A stretch of DNA of 64,000 nt, from the NCBI GenBank assembly GCA_002104905.1, contig MCFE01000006.1, positions 1-64,000 of the forward strand. Reading direction: 5' to 3'. Positions 50,101 through 61,043 of the stretch are shown piece by piece (within the stretch, counting starts at the first letter, position 1; each line of letters opens with the position of its first letter). The translations under genes were made by a program, and so were the position numbers. Below the pieces are notes generated by a model, which did not search any database, was not told the DNA's origin, and saw nothing but the letters and a program-made list of their open reading frames with translations. This stretch comes from Basidiobolus meristosporus CBS 931.73. Its lineage: Eukaryota > Fungi > Basidiobolomycota.

Positions 50101-52308
50101 GAAGAGTTAGTTGCCCGTGAAAATGGCTCAGTTTCATCAGGTTTTGACGCCAAGAAATATATCTCTTCTATAAATGCAGTGTCAGTCGCGACAGAATCTT
50201 GGATCGTTGAAAAACAGACGTACCTCGGGTTGAAGGAAGCTGAGCTGGCCGAGTTGACGAAGACAACCGATGAACTACAACAGTCCTTGATAATTCAAAA
50301 GCAGCAGACGGCTGAGCGAGAGGCGCTTGTGATTCTTTTACAGAAAAGGGAGCACGAGCGTGTGGATTCAGGATCATCATCAAGCCCTACCACAAATGGT
50401 CAGGAGATGAATAGGAGCATATCCGCCGATTCTGTCGACTCTGATGTTGGTAGAGATGATTCAGCTTTAGCACATATCGATACAACTCACATCATGATTC
50501 CTGAGAAACTGGAGGCCATTGATATCAACAACTCAAGAAATAGCGTGTCGAGTCTTGATCACGACCGTGATTCTGCCGTAGCTCTAGATGATGAGTCAGA
50601 TGGAAGTGAGAACCGAAAGGCGCTTCCTTATTCGACCTCGGATTTAACCAACAAGTTGGCGGAGGCAAAGGCGCAAATACGCATTATAAAGGCTTCTCGT
50701 AGAGACATGGATGATCAATTACAAATATTCAAAAGCAAATTGAAGGACACCCTGGAGAAATTGGTTATTTATGACATTAATCCAGAATCTCTGGAGGTTT
50801 TCGTAACTGATATCAGTAGCACGCTGGAAGATCCTACCTCTCACATTGGAGACATCATTACATGCTTAGATAATCCCAAGCTTATTCTAGACACCAAAGA
50901 GGAATCTCGACGATTAACCTTTGGAAATATATCCGACAATACCACTACAGGTGATTTGAATTCAAAGCAGAGCGTAGCAACAAGAGGTCGCGCTTCTACT
51001 ATTTCTGGTAATAGTGTTCATGAAATTTCTAAACTCAAGAAAGACCTCAGCCTTTATGCCTCTGAGGTTGAGACTCTGAAGCTACAAAAGGAAAATTACG
51101 AAAAACAATGTCGCAGTTTCCAAGAAAACATCATGACATCGCAGACTCGGGAGGGTAAGCTCAATAGAGAAGTCCGAGAACTTCGGTCACGACTGGAAGC
51201 TCATAAAGTTGAGTCGATGAATGCCCTTACCGCACTTCAGGCGAAATATCGCGAGTCACTAGCTGAGGTCGAAGCCAAATGCAAACAACAGGTCGAGGAA
51301 TTGGAGAAGGAGCTATTCGTTGCCAAAAAACGAATCATTCGGCTTAAGGAGCAAGTCAGCTCAACGGAGAAAGTATGTGCCGATGCAGTATCTCTTACTG
51401 AACAATTAGAGACTGAATTAGCGCGTACCTGGAAAGAAAAGCGAACTGCAGAGAAACAACTATTGGAGTCTCAGCAACGATGCGAGGACTTGGGTAAGGA
51501 TCTTAGAGCTAAGGAGTTGGAGCTGATTTCACAGAAACAGTCCTACGATGCCAAGATCAAGGATATGGACCTGAAAATTCGTGACAAAGTGAAATCAATA
51601 ACAATCGCCCGCAGAGCAACAATTGTTAATTCTCCTGAAAAAAGAGGAAGCTTCTATCAACAACTTCGGAGCAAATGGACTGGAGGTGCTATTGATGAGT
51701 CTTACACCAGCAATCCGAAGGCCGTTCAAGAATTAGAAGTTCGTTTCCAAGATGAAGTGGATATGCACGTGGCAACCAACAGGTTGCTCCAGTCTGAATT
51801 GGCTGAAACTCAAGGGAAGAATGCCGAGTTGGAACAGATTAAGGAGGCCATCGAGACTCAACTCGCTGAATTACGCATCAATTATGATCAATCCGAAAGA
51901 ACTTTGGCTAAACTCAGGCGCGAGGCTGATGAAAATCAACGAGCCACCTTAGTTTCTCTTCAAAGAGCTCAGACTGAAAAGCAAAGCTCAGCACGTATCG
52001 AACTGGCAAATATCCAGGCCGAACGAGCATCTCAACAGCGAATCATATCTGAGCTCAAAAAGGAGTTATCCAATTTGCGTGATGAACAGCATGAAAGAAT
52101 GAAGGAATTGACAAGTGCCAAACAAGAAATCGAGGTTTTAAAGAGACTTTCAAATTCTGACGAAAATGAAGGAGTTTCTTCAATACTGGAGGTTCTCACT
52201 AGAGAAAAACTGATTTTGGAAACGAAAGTCAATGAGCTGGAAACCGAGTTAGATGATGTCTTGACGAAGAACGTGGATCTTGCAATGCAATTAGCCGCTA
52301 TCAAATAA
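47176..52308 (+). CDS. Uncharacterised 1710-aa coiled-coil protein
   Basis: Single uninterrupted 5.1-kb ORF, E/L/K/Q-rich heptads with Ser-rich breaks; no catalytic motif recognised. Confidence 0.85.
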   Translation: MLSLHNEEPNTGRDEALVFPSSQPKETNGLTFSPTFHCVQEKVEHMSLLIRQVHTQQQTSEDAVVEEIRDLLLELQGCLPQSIEAGSKRKPKEAVTLQEQTSPEAFEDYTLAREILKQRVRNIRPLLNDFEQSFGLLKSKTAKDTNLEYPSAAAKIDGIEKSLEIERKRVNGQLTSGEKYLGRVEILEREVLSKVAAIESQIMSNSTLIEADKSLIEDQFTLFHESFKSLIHVKEIPEPEYPPQSPSLPSLQEDVESVESSHREVELIEAAQREDELTNTILVLNQQFEEVQKQLFESQQHETLLQSSFTTIHAENVQLNQKNEELMRDISEMEKKYAESLLEAQSLQSSFENEISIYNDKVMELEEQLGNTQICLKEYENHEAHFYSMAGAWNAEFNDIRNALSAASCKEMLLDSLISTMFSLQTEEIQDEEAETTSNDTVTIEGLNQLLEELKSSLKESKDREESLSLINHKMNTELEDGRIHLQLVVEHAETLADKLQKANIGQSYIDSVHEKLRDRESIIANLEEQISNFGAKETEMIDQVRVLSAEIQNLQQKLSDLNKEREQTITRMVDKHELQDLQEELLRTQEKLGTAEAKELEHNQIVAQLNFELEKTKGVLDSAFKKVELFDATIRDLSLQLEDSTANDMESADIVNLRSELDETVLLLAHSTEREAELENTISQLRSELERLEKETLTIRSIGQEEKSDLDSSEVEMNEDMMLSTLYELNQELNSARQVQFKYECTINLLESAIRDKSLFEESQYSRIYELQRELEGYDHKEKEYLKAMFDSKSELEKKNQHLLEYETKTRLLEAYINESLVLSEEKDSTISQLTEELATAEITENEHRKYLFDVIEELNQVTLTLVEQEKSTSLFESSVYEKLSEIKQLSNALPSEEFVYVSRADLDSVKERVSELESAIDALRDVVDSKNLEIQNLQNVRLDQNSSLEELNKAFATFIRSLKKYKVTIPSECEELVARENGSVSSGFDAKKYISSINAVSVATESWIVEKQTYLGLKEAELAELTKTTDELQQSLIIQKQQTAEREALVILLQKREHERVDSGSSSSPTTNGQEMNRSISADSVDSDVGRDDSALAHIDTTHIMIPEKLEAIDINNSRNSVSSLDHDRDSAVALDDESDGSENRKALPYSTSDLTNKLAEAKAQIRIIKASRRDMDDQLQIFKSKLKDTLEKLVIYDINPESLEVFVTDISSTLEDPTSHIGDIITCLDNPKLILDTKEESRRLTFGNISDNTTTGDLNSKQSVATRGRASTISGNSVHEISKLKKDLSLYASEVETLKLQKENYEKQCRSFQENIMTSQTREGKLNREVRELRSRLEAHKVESMNALTALQAKYRESLAEVEAKCKQQVEELEKELFVAKKRIIRLKEQVSSTEKVCADAVSLTEQLETELARTWKEKRTAEKQLLESQQRCEDLGKDLRAKELELISQKQSYDAKIKDMDLKIRDKVKSITIARRATIVNSPEKRGSFYQQLRSKWTGGAIDESYTSNPKAVQELEVRFQDEVDMHVATNRLLQSELAETQGKNAELEQIKEAIETQLAELRINYDQSERTLAKLRREADENQRATLVSLQRAQTEKQSSARIELANIQAERASQQRIISELKKELSNLRDEQHERMKELTSAKQEIEVLKRLSNSDENEGVSSILEVLTREKLILETKVNELETELDDVLTKNVDLAMQLAAIK

Positions 52309-53527
52309 TTTGATCAACGCGATCTGGTTGCCTCCTCAATGTACATGACAATCCATTTTCCATATTATATATACTTAAGCCTCTCGAACGGACCCAAACC
52401 ACCATTTTAGTGCATAGGCAGGAGGAAGATCAAGCCTAGAACCTTATATGTAGATATAATATAAATATTTAAGTTTCTATTATCGTATGTATGATTATTA
52501 TTTATCTATTTAGATACCTATAAATTCCAACGAATTCACTTAGAACACAAAATCCACCATTGATATGATTATATTCTTGGAGATGATTACTGCCCAGTCT
52601 TTACTTGACACGCTAAGCCTGAGCGGCCAGCATCAATGGAGTTATGAATCCATGGAATTTTGGTCAAGTGGTGAATCGAGTCAATACTGAGATATTAAAA
52701 AAGTGATTTGGTGTTGAATTATGGATTGAAAATATATATTTTGGATACTTTTGATTGAACTTCATACAATCAAGTCTGAGATATTTCATATCCTATTATT
52801 TCCACAAATCTGGAAAGACAGTACTAGGAGAACATGTTGCTCATATTCTAGTCCAAATCTAACAAGTGTACAATCACATTATATAAATATTCAGGCGTAA
52901 TACAACATTAAGTAGAGTACCATCTTTTCCGAACACACTGCTGTTACTTCAGAAGTAGTTTGGAAGTGTCTGTACGAGACAGGCTTGGTAGCCAGGGATG
53001 TAATTTTGTATGTCTCGTTTGGATTTCAGAGCAGGACCTGATTAAAGTATATAGCATTATCTTGCTAGTGTGTATAAAGCAGCTGGTACGTAATCTAGCT
53101 ATCTCTACCTAAATATTCCTATGTAAGGAGAATGGCTGTACATACTTGTACTGTAAAAAATAATCCAGAGAAAGCTATTGGGCATGCCATGTAAAGCGCC
53201 ATGTACCTTGTCCAAGTATGATTCAAATATTAAATCATCTGTAGGGCCCTTGAAGCTAACCATAAGTGACTTCCAATTTATTATATGACATAAGCTTGTA
53301 TGCCTCTAATCATGTAGTTAAACAATAAGGTCTTACATGATGTTTATTATCAAGTCTCCTTATTGGAAGCTAATGGAATAGATCATATTGACATGATATT
53401 CTATACTGTGTATCCAGCCATCGTATTATTGCTCACAAAGTAATAGAGGTCGAAAGATTGTATAGAACTAAGTAACCTAAGCATTCTAGATCTGAATAGA
53501 TTTTATCAGCCTCTAGGGACTTCTAAA

Positions 53528-55639
53528 TTACTGAGGCGACTTGCAGACCTCAGCAATAATTTGCTTTGCTCTTTCATATCTAGCAGCTTGCAATGGACAC
53601 ATTGCAACCTCTCGGGGTTTCCCTCCAGAAAGGTTTTGAATCTTTTCTCGAACCACGTCATAGCTGAAAGATTGGAACCTTGCGTTCATTTCATGAGGGC
53701 TGGTGTTTGGTGCAAAATTGGCAATTAACCAAAAACCCCATTCGTCTACTATGGACAACAACGTTGCTAGGAGTAACATTAGGGCATGAATCAGTAGATT
53801 ACCAATAGAGCTTACACATGCTACATCCAATGGATGTGTCATTTGGGAGTGGTTACTGGTAAACGGCATTAGCGAGAGGACTTTCATTAAGGGATACTTT
53901 CTCTGAATCTTCTCTATGGTATCGGAAGGAACATGCGAATGAAGAATTAAAATGTCACAACTACCAAGTTCGAGAGCGGTCTGCAAATCTTTTGCTGGGA
54001 TTACACTGACATTTTTGTTATCCTATAAGAGTAAGCATAAGAATATGGCAGCAAGGAAGTGAGATCATGTCACATGAGGGGATACCTGATTTTCTTTCGA
54101 GTCATCGGCAACAATTAATACAACGAGCTCAGTTTCACAAGACTCCATTAGGTCGCTTATAATCGACTGAAGCTTCGCAGTATCTTGCTTTTTTTGAGGA
54201 TATAATCGCCGGATGCCAACCATAGAGCGGAGCACCACTCCTGTGCTTTGATATCCAGATTTCAAGTTCATTCCTGTTTGCAGGAGCGATAGGAACCCTG
54301 CTATGTTGTTGCAGGACCATACACCTTCTGTGAAACTTGCACCCAATGCTAATGTCGGCTTCTCTTCAAACACCCATTTAGTGAAGAAGGTGTAGCTAGT
54401 TAAGTGGATCGTAAAATCAGGCTCTGTTTCCCTTGTGGGCATGTAGTTGACATAGATCGGTTTTGCAGATGGCTCTGGCATAAACAGCATGACGGATTTT
54501 TTCTCGTGTATGCAGGCTTTGTGTAGAAAGTCCACAACTACTCGAAATGCATACCTATCATGCTAATACATCACTACTTGCTCGCATCAGGTAATTCACC
54601 ATCACTTACCTCTCGAGAAAGGTTGCTTGCTGTTTTACAATGGTTTCTTCTACTGGATCAGGTCGAGGATATATCTTCAGGCATTTTCTATATGCTAAAA
54701 GGGCTGCTTCGTACAGGATACGTGGGAATGTCAGGAAAGCTGTAATCGGATACCGGACTAAGATGCAGCATAGTGTAAAGCTAGTAAGCGGGTACTGCTT
54801 TCCGTTGAGTATTGCTACAAGTTTTTTGATTTCTTGGGTTTGGTACCCATGTGTTGCTTTCAAGGAACTGTCTTCATCAGCATTTGCATAAACAATGATT
54901 TTGATGTCGTGATAGCCAAATTGGGGATCTCGAAGGTGAATCTCATAACTTCCATTTCGATCATTGAATGGAGATACATGGAAAGAGCGATGGATTTTGA
55001 AAGTTGCATCATAGCTTCAAGCACAAGACAAATTAGAATGGAATTTCGATTTCCTGGAAACCTTACTTTCACATACCCCTTACGCGGTTTCTCCATTGCC
55101 TTGCTGTTGTCCAAAATATAAAGGTGCTTTTCCCCGAATGTGTTGCTGACCTCTAAAACAACGATTTGAAGCTGCTTTGTTCCATCTATTTCACAGCAAT
55201 AACAGTAGTATATGGATAGAGGATTGAAGGCGTATCCAAGAAACCTAGGTGTAGTTACTAACTCAATGCTTTGTATCCTTTCGGTGGAAATTCCCTAAAT
55301 ATGCCACATACATTAGTATAGATATCTGGTGTAATTCAAACGTTGAAGACGCACTCGCTCATGAAGCCTATACAACAGCTTTCTCTTTAAGGTAAAATGT
55401 CTCCCTTCTTTCACTGGAACGTCACCCAAGTAGTCCTTGTACCATAAGGAGTAAATACTCCTTCGGTTATATCCAAACAGCAGATTGCCCCAACTTGAGT
55501 GGCTCTGTGAATCCTCTTCCAATAGATCCAAATTCACCCCAAAGTAGAAAACATCATATGCAAAAGAATGCTTAGAGGGAAGGAATCTCGCGTGATATGT
55601 TTTCCCAAGGTATACAGTATGCGTCTTTGGAAGTGGCAT
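53528..55639 (-). CDS. DUF1365 (COG3496; UfaO-like) protein with long C-terminal extension, multi-exon
   Basis: YLGKTYHARFLPSKHSFAY, TTPRFLGYAFNPLSIYYCY, VLEVSNTFGEKHLY and TFPRILYEAALL..K.LKIYPRP are DUF1365 motifs. The 3' exons splice in frame (..KENQ|DNKNVSV..). Confidence 0.85.
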
Positions 55640-56377
55640 ATTGATTGACAACTTGGTGCCGCTTAGGGCTACTTGAATATTTTCAGCGGGATCTGTGACT
55701 TTCGAATTTGCAGAGTATCATTGGCCAAATCCACTGACGGGTAAGAATCGACCTGGGTAACATGGATAGTGATCAATCAATAGAGGATCGATTTCAAGGA
55801 TTAGGTGGCTTGTACTTTGTGTTCAATTTTCCAGGCTCCGGTGATAGGTATAGACTCCTCATCGGCGATACTGACCAAAAATAATGGATCGGAAGTCCCT
55901 TTAATTAATCACGTTCAACCAATATGGTTTGTACATCATCATTGAGATGGTTTGATAAGTAGTGAGCATCGCCAAATCGAAAGTAGCTATTTTCGATGCC
56001 GATTTGGTGACCTCCACCTTTCTTGATATAGCAAGCACTGTATTGAAACTAGGAGCATGAGTCAAATTTCAGTCACATCGATCTTCCAGTTATGAGGTGA
56101 ATATCTGATCTGGAGTTGTTTCAACACCGCATTACCATGATTTCCTTCCAAGATAACCATCGTAGGTAACCACAATACTGAACTCGTGCAGAAACAAATT
56201 CTTGCGATGTATGGATATAGCTTTCAATTATCATCCGTAGTTCAACATGAGCATTTTCAGACCGTATTTTCAGATCGGGGTGATTGCTCATTCTGGTTAC
56301 AAGGCCGTTTAGTATTTAATTGATGCCTGTCTGACAATCCAGCGCTCAATCATCACCTCCAAGCGCACGTTGTACAC

Positions 56378-57879
56378 ATGGATCTTAGCAAGAAGAGCAA
56401 AATTTTAGGAGCTACAGAATGGTTGGCCCTGAGTGCAAAAAATTTGGTGGTGAACTCGTCGTGGAATCCTCTAGTTACCTTTGGTACCAGTCTTCTAAAG
56501 AATTTCTATACTTTCTACTAACGAAGGCGATTCTGTAGCCCGCAACCTTGTCCTGGAGCTTATGAGCAAGATTGAAAATGGGCATATCTGTATAATGACA
56601 AAAGACTATATCTACGAATATGGTACTTGGAAGGAGGGAAGTGATATGAACGTGAAGGTCAAGGTTCTTGATGACAAATTTTGGATCCGTTTATTGATGC
56701 TAGGAGATTTGGTAAGTATATCTAGTATGATGAGCAAACAAGATGTGCTAACACTCACTTAGGGCTTTGCAGAATCCTATATGTACGGTGAGAGCACAGT
56801 CAACGATTTGGTATCTCTCGTTAAGGTATCCACTGTTGTTTTCGTCTTCATTTGGAACCATATTCTGATCTCTGTGGTCTCAGCTTTTTGTAGCGAACCG
56901 CGAAATACTGAATGATGTACAAACAAAACACTCTACAGCAATGAATATTTTCAACTCGATTATCAACTCGCAGTTTGTTAACTCCATTGCGAACTCTATT
57001 CATAACATCAGTGCTCATTACGACCTAGGAAATGACATGTTCTCTTCGTTTTTGGATGAGACGATGACTTACTCCTGCGCCATATTTGAAAATGAACAGG
57101 AAAGCCTCAAAGATGGACAATTACGGAAACTACACACTATGATTAGAAAAGCTCGGATTACATCTGCAGACCATGTCCTTGAAATTGGGACCGGTTGGGG
57201 ATCATTCGCAATCGAAGCTGTCAGGCAAACCGGCTGCAAAGTTACAACATTGACTTTGAGTATTGAGCAGAAAAAATTGGCAGAAGATCGGATTGCTGAA
57301 GCTGGCTTCACTGACAGTATCACGGTACTCCTATGTGACTACCGTAATATTGAGGCCCATCATCAGTTTGATAAGATTGTTTCAATTGAAATGATCGAAG
57401 CTGTAGGCCACGAGTTTCTACCTACTTTCTTCAAAACGTGCGATCAACTGTTGAAACGGGACAAGGGGATTTTGGCTTTGCAGGGAATCACCATGCCGGA
57501 GTCAAGATATGACAACTACTGCCATTCGGTTGATTTTATCAAGAAGCACATATTTCCGGGCGGTCATTGTCCTTCTGTGACTGCATTGATCAATGCCGCC
57601 AACAAAGGTTCTGAAGGCCAACTGATTTTGGAGAATATGGAGAATTTTGGACCCCACTATGCTAGAACTCTCAGATTATGGCGTCAAGAGTTCCTGGCTT
57701 CCTACGACGAATTGATTGAAAGTAACCAAAACCCTGTCTATGATGACGTTTTCAAACGTAAATGGGAATATTACTTTGCCTACTGTGAGGGGGCTTTTAT
57801 CACCAAGACAATCGGGCTTGTGCAGATGGTGTTCACAAGAATCAACAACACAGAATTTCTAGAAGGTGTACCCCTCTGA
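56378..57879 (+). CDS. Cyclopropane-fatty-acyl-phospholipid synthase family SAM methyltransferase (Cfa/UfaM-like), 449 aa, 4 exons
   Basis: Exons 56378-56483, 56527-56711, 56763-56825 and 56884-57879 are in frame. Motifs: NISAHYDLGNDMF, MTYSCAIF, VLEIGTGWG, DKIVSIEMIEAVG, FIKKHIFPGG, HYARTLRLW, WEYYFAYCEGAF. Confidence 0.95.
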
Positions 57880-58211
57880 ATTTAGACCGTCTCGGAAATT
57901 CTGTAGTCTTATATAATCATTATAAATTTATTAAATATCTAAATAATATAAACCACTACGTCAACTCCATAAACTTACATCGCTTGGTATATTTCACATG
58001 AATATTCTAGTCACAGATAATTTCTCCACATTAGCATGATCATGTCAAGTATTGAATAAATGTTTCAAGCTGTGGCCCACGCGAAATAGTAGCAAACCCA
58101 ACGGCAAGCGCTTTCGTAACTAAATTTACCATTTTGTATCATGTACATTCGTGTATATCACTAAACAAATATACACTTGGTTATTGCCATTCCGATGATA
58201 TTTTATTGAGC

Positions 58212-59811
58212 TTAGTTCTTGGCCTTGTAATTGGCTCGACTGGAAGGTTTTCCTGGCTGTCGACCTGTCAGGAACATGTACAGTAGGGATACTCCCCATA
58301 AGATCAATGCTAACATGATATCGAAGTACCTGAACAACTTTCTGTTTAAGAACGATGCAATACCTTTGGGGGTGTTTCGAATATGAGTGGCATCAATAAC
58401 CTGGAAGGGTGGGGAGGCCCCTAGTTTCAGTGCCACTTTTAGACCAGATGTAAGACCATCTTCGTGGAACCCATAGTTCGTCCATGCTCCACAGAATGAC
58501 GTGTCAGTAGACTGAATCTTGTGAAGCTCTTTTTGAGCTTCAATTAGTCCTTTGTTATACGTAGGATGCTCATAGAGGTATTCCCCAATGATCGATTCCG
58601 GCTGAGGCTCATAAGGGGGATTTAATGTTACGAAGACATCGCCGTATTTTTCAGTATCAATTGATTGTAGGAGGTTCATCCAATATGTCAAGGCAACGCT
58701 ATTGATACTTGAGCCATTAGAGTCCGATGTGGCTAGATAATTCCAACTCGTCCAGGCCTTTCTTCGGATTGGCATTAAAGCGCGATCACAATGCAAAAGT
58801 GCTCTGTTTTTGGAATACAGAACCTTACTGAGAATATCCTTCTCCGCATCAGTTGCTGAACTCCCTAGTATTCGGAGTGTCTGATCACCATGAGTAGCAA
58901 ATACCACGTGATCATATTCATCCTCCTTCCCAGTGCGATCTTTCACGATAGACTTTCCATCAGCAGTTCGGGTAACGGAAATTACTTCTGTTGAAGTACG
59001 AACATCCTTCAATTTTTCAACGACTTTCTTGACATAGTTACGGCTTGAAAATATAGTATTAGATGGAGTGCTGGACAATACACTTGTGATATTTGCTACG
59101 TTACCTTCCGTTCTTGACGGTTAACCATTGGGGACGGTTGGTAATTTGGAGTAGACAATGGTTGTGCATGAATTTGATTAGGGTATAAGCGGGAAACTCC
59201 AGACTACACTTGTCCGGAGGAGTAGACCAGATCGCAGCCGTCATGGGCAACAGGTAGTTTCTTCGGAAGGCTTCCGAGTAATTTCTTCGATCAAGAAATT
59301 CTCCAACAGTTAGCTCACGATCAGGATGGCCTTCAGGTAGGGCTATGATATCGGTAGCTTCGAAGTTGAATTTTATTATATCATACACAGTCCGCCACAT
59401 ATCAACTGAGGTGATATTTTCATGCTGTGCGAACACAGTAAGCAAGTTGTTCCCGGCCCACTCGAATTTACCCCTGTCTCTGGATACGGAGAAGGACATA
59501 TCTGAATTGATGTACTCCACTTCAAGATGCTTGAAGAACTGCAATAGGTTTGGATATGTGAGATTGTTGAAGACGATGAAGCCCGTGTCTACAGGGATTT
59601 TGCTGCCAACATTCTTTGGCTTTGTATTCCCCATTTCTCCTGAGGACCGGGTAGCAATGGAACAGCTTGGAACGCAATAATCAACGGTGTGTGTATGGCC
59701 ACCAACGTAATCATCCTTTTCATATAGAGTCACCTCATGGTTGGAGTGTTCACTCAACGCCCAAGCAGCTCCTAGACCGGAAATTCCAGAACCAATTATT
59801 GCAACTCTCAT
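58212..59811 (-). CDS. FAD-dependent oxidoreductase (COG2907 amine-oxidase-like; UfaD-like), intron 59044-59104
   Basis: MRVAIIGSGISGL (GxGxxG), GGHTHTVD, VDTGFIVFN..TYPN, MSFSVS, PMTAAIWST, WTSWNY, YEHP and FCGAWTNYGFHEDGLTSG; C-terminal hydrophobic anchor. Confidence 0.92.
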
Positions 59812-61043
59812 GATTCTAAGCTCTCGTCGTACGTCCTCTGAATCCAGACTAACCACATTTTATATGCCTTGGCAATATCCGATTTGTATTCCCCTGCCAA
59901 AGCCACCCTCCCTAGTCAACGAACATTACCGACTCATCAAGCTGGTAACAATCACGATCGATCGATGGAAGCAACCATGATATGGTAAGTTTGTGATATG
60001 ACAAATTCAGTGAATGCCTCGCAATCGTGAGGCATGTAGCAAAATCTTCGATATGGATCCCGTTGTCGGTAATAGAAATATGCCAAGACTTCGTTGGCCT
60101 ATTTGAACCCCTGCAACCATTACACCGAAATATGGAATGTTGTATACAAACATCAACGATGCTAGAATATCCTATACCAATATATGTCATATATTCCGTG
60201 ACTATGTGTCAAATTCACAATTCGAGTGCGTAATATTGCCGAATCTTTTGCGGGATTGGAAAATGATGAATAATATGGATCAGGCAGAAGCTTAGCTTAG
60301 TGCTGAGCTATCCGGAACATCATTGTAAACTATGCAATGTTATTTATATCTAGAATTACTTTGCAAATGCTCGTAGGCTATCTTGCGCGCAGCACGTTTT
60401 GGCAAAACCATCAAGCATTGGGATGAGGTCATTTCTTCATTGAAATGCATCTTCGTACAAAATATAAGATATATCTTTTTTGTTTCCCTTGCCTTCTCAA
60501 GGATGATCACAACCATCCAGATAAAGTGCGAAGTATATAATTGGAAAGATCATTTGCCGAATTTGATAGAAGACCCATCCAACGCTTGCCGCTGCTATAC
60601 CACACGAATATGTTGTGTTATGCCCTTTTCATTGTGCCCTGACCCTTTCGATGACATTGACTATTTTTGACTTCATATGGTTGGAAATCCTTTCGTTGGC
60701 AAAAAATTAAAATAGTGTAATATTTATACTTTATTAATTGTATCCACAACTCTGATATTTGGACTAATTGACATGGTTCATTCTGAAAAGGAAACATAGG
60801 CACTCTCTCACGTCTTCAAGCGCTTTAGTATCCAAGTATGCTCAAAGTAGCCAATACAAATTTGGTATCTGGTCACATAGACATTTGTATTTATCAGAGA
60901 TTCTCAAAATGGAAACAAGAAGAGAACATAGGGGGATGGAGATTACCAGGTGTCAAAACCTTCACATGAGTGACAAAAATGCATCGATTTATATGGCCCG
61001 AGCAAACAATCAGCTCTTTTGGAAAAATAACTTGAGGCATGCT

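Noticed and set aside
2829-57879. Phospholipid super-cluster (PSD-fold gene, CHO2, Cfa-like)
   Set aside because: The genes are 15-35 kb apart with unrelated housekeeping genes between, and the PSD-fold protein looks PsiD-like rather than a lipid decarboxylase.
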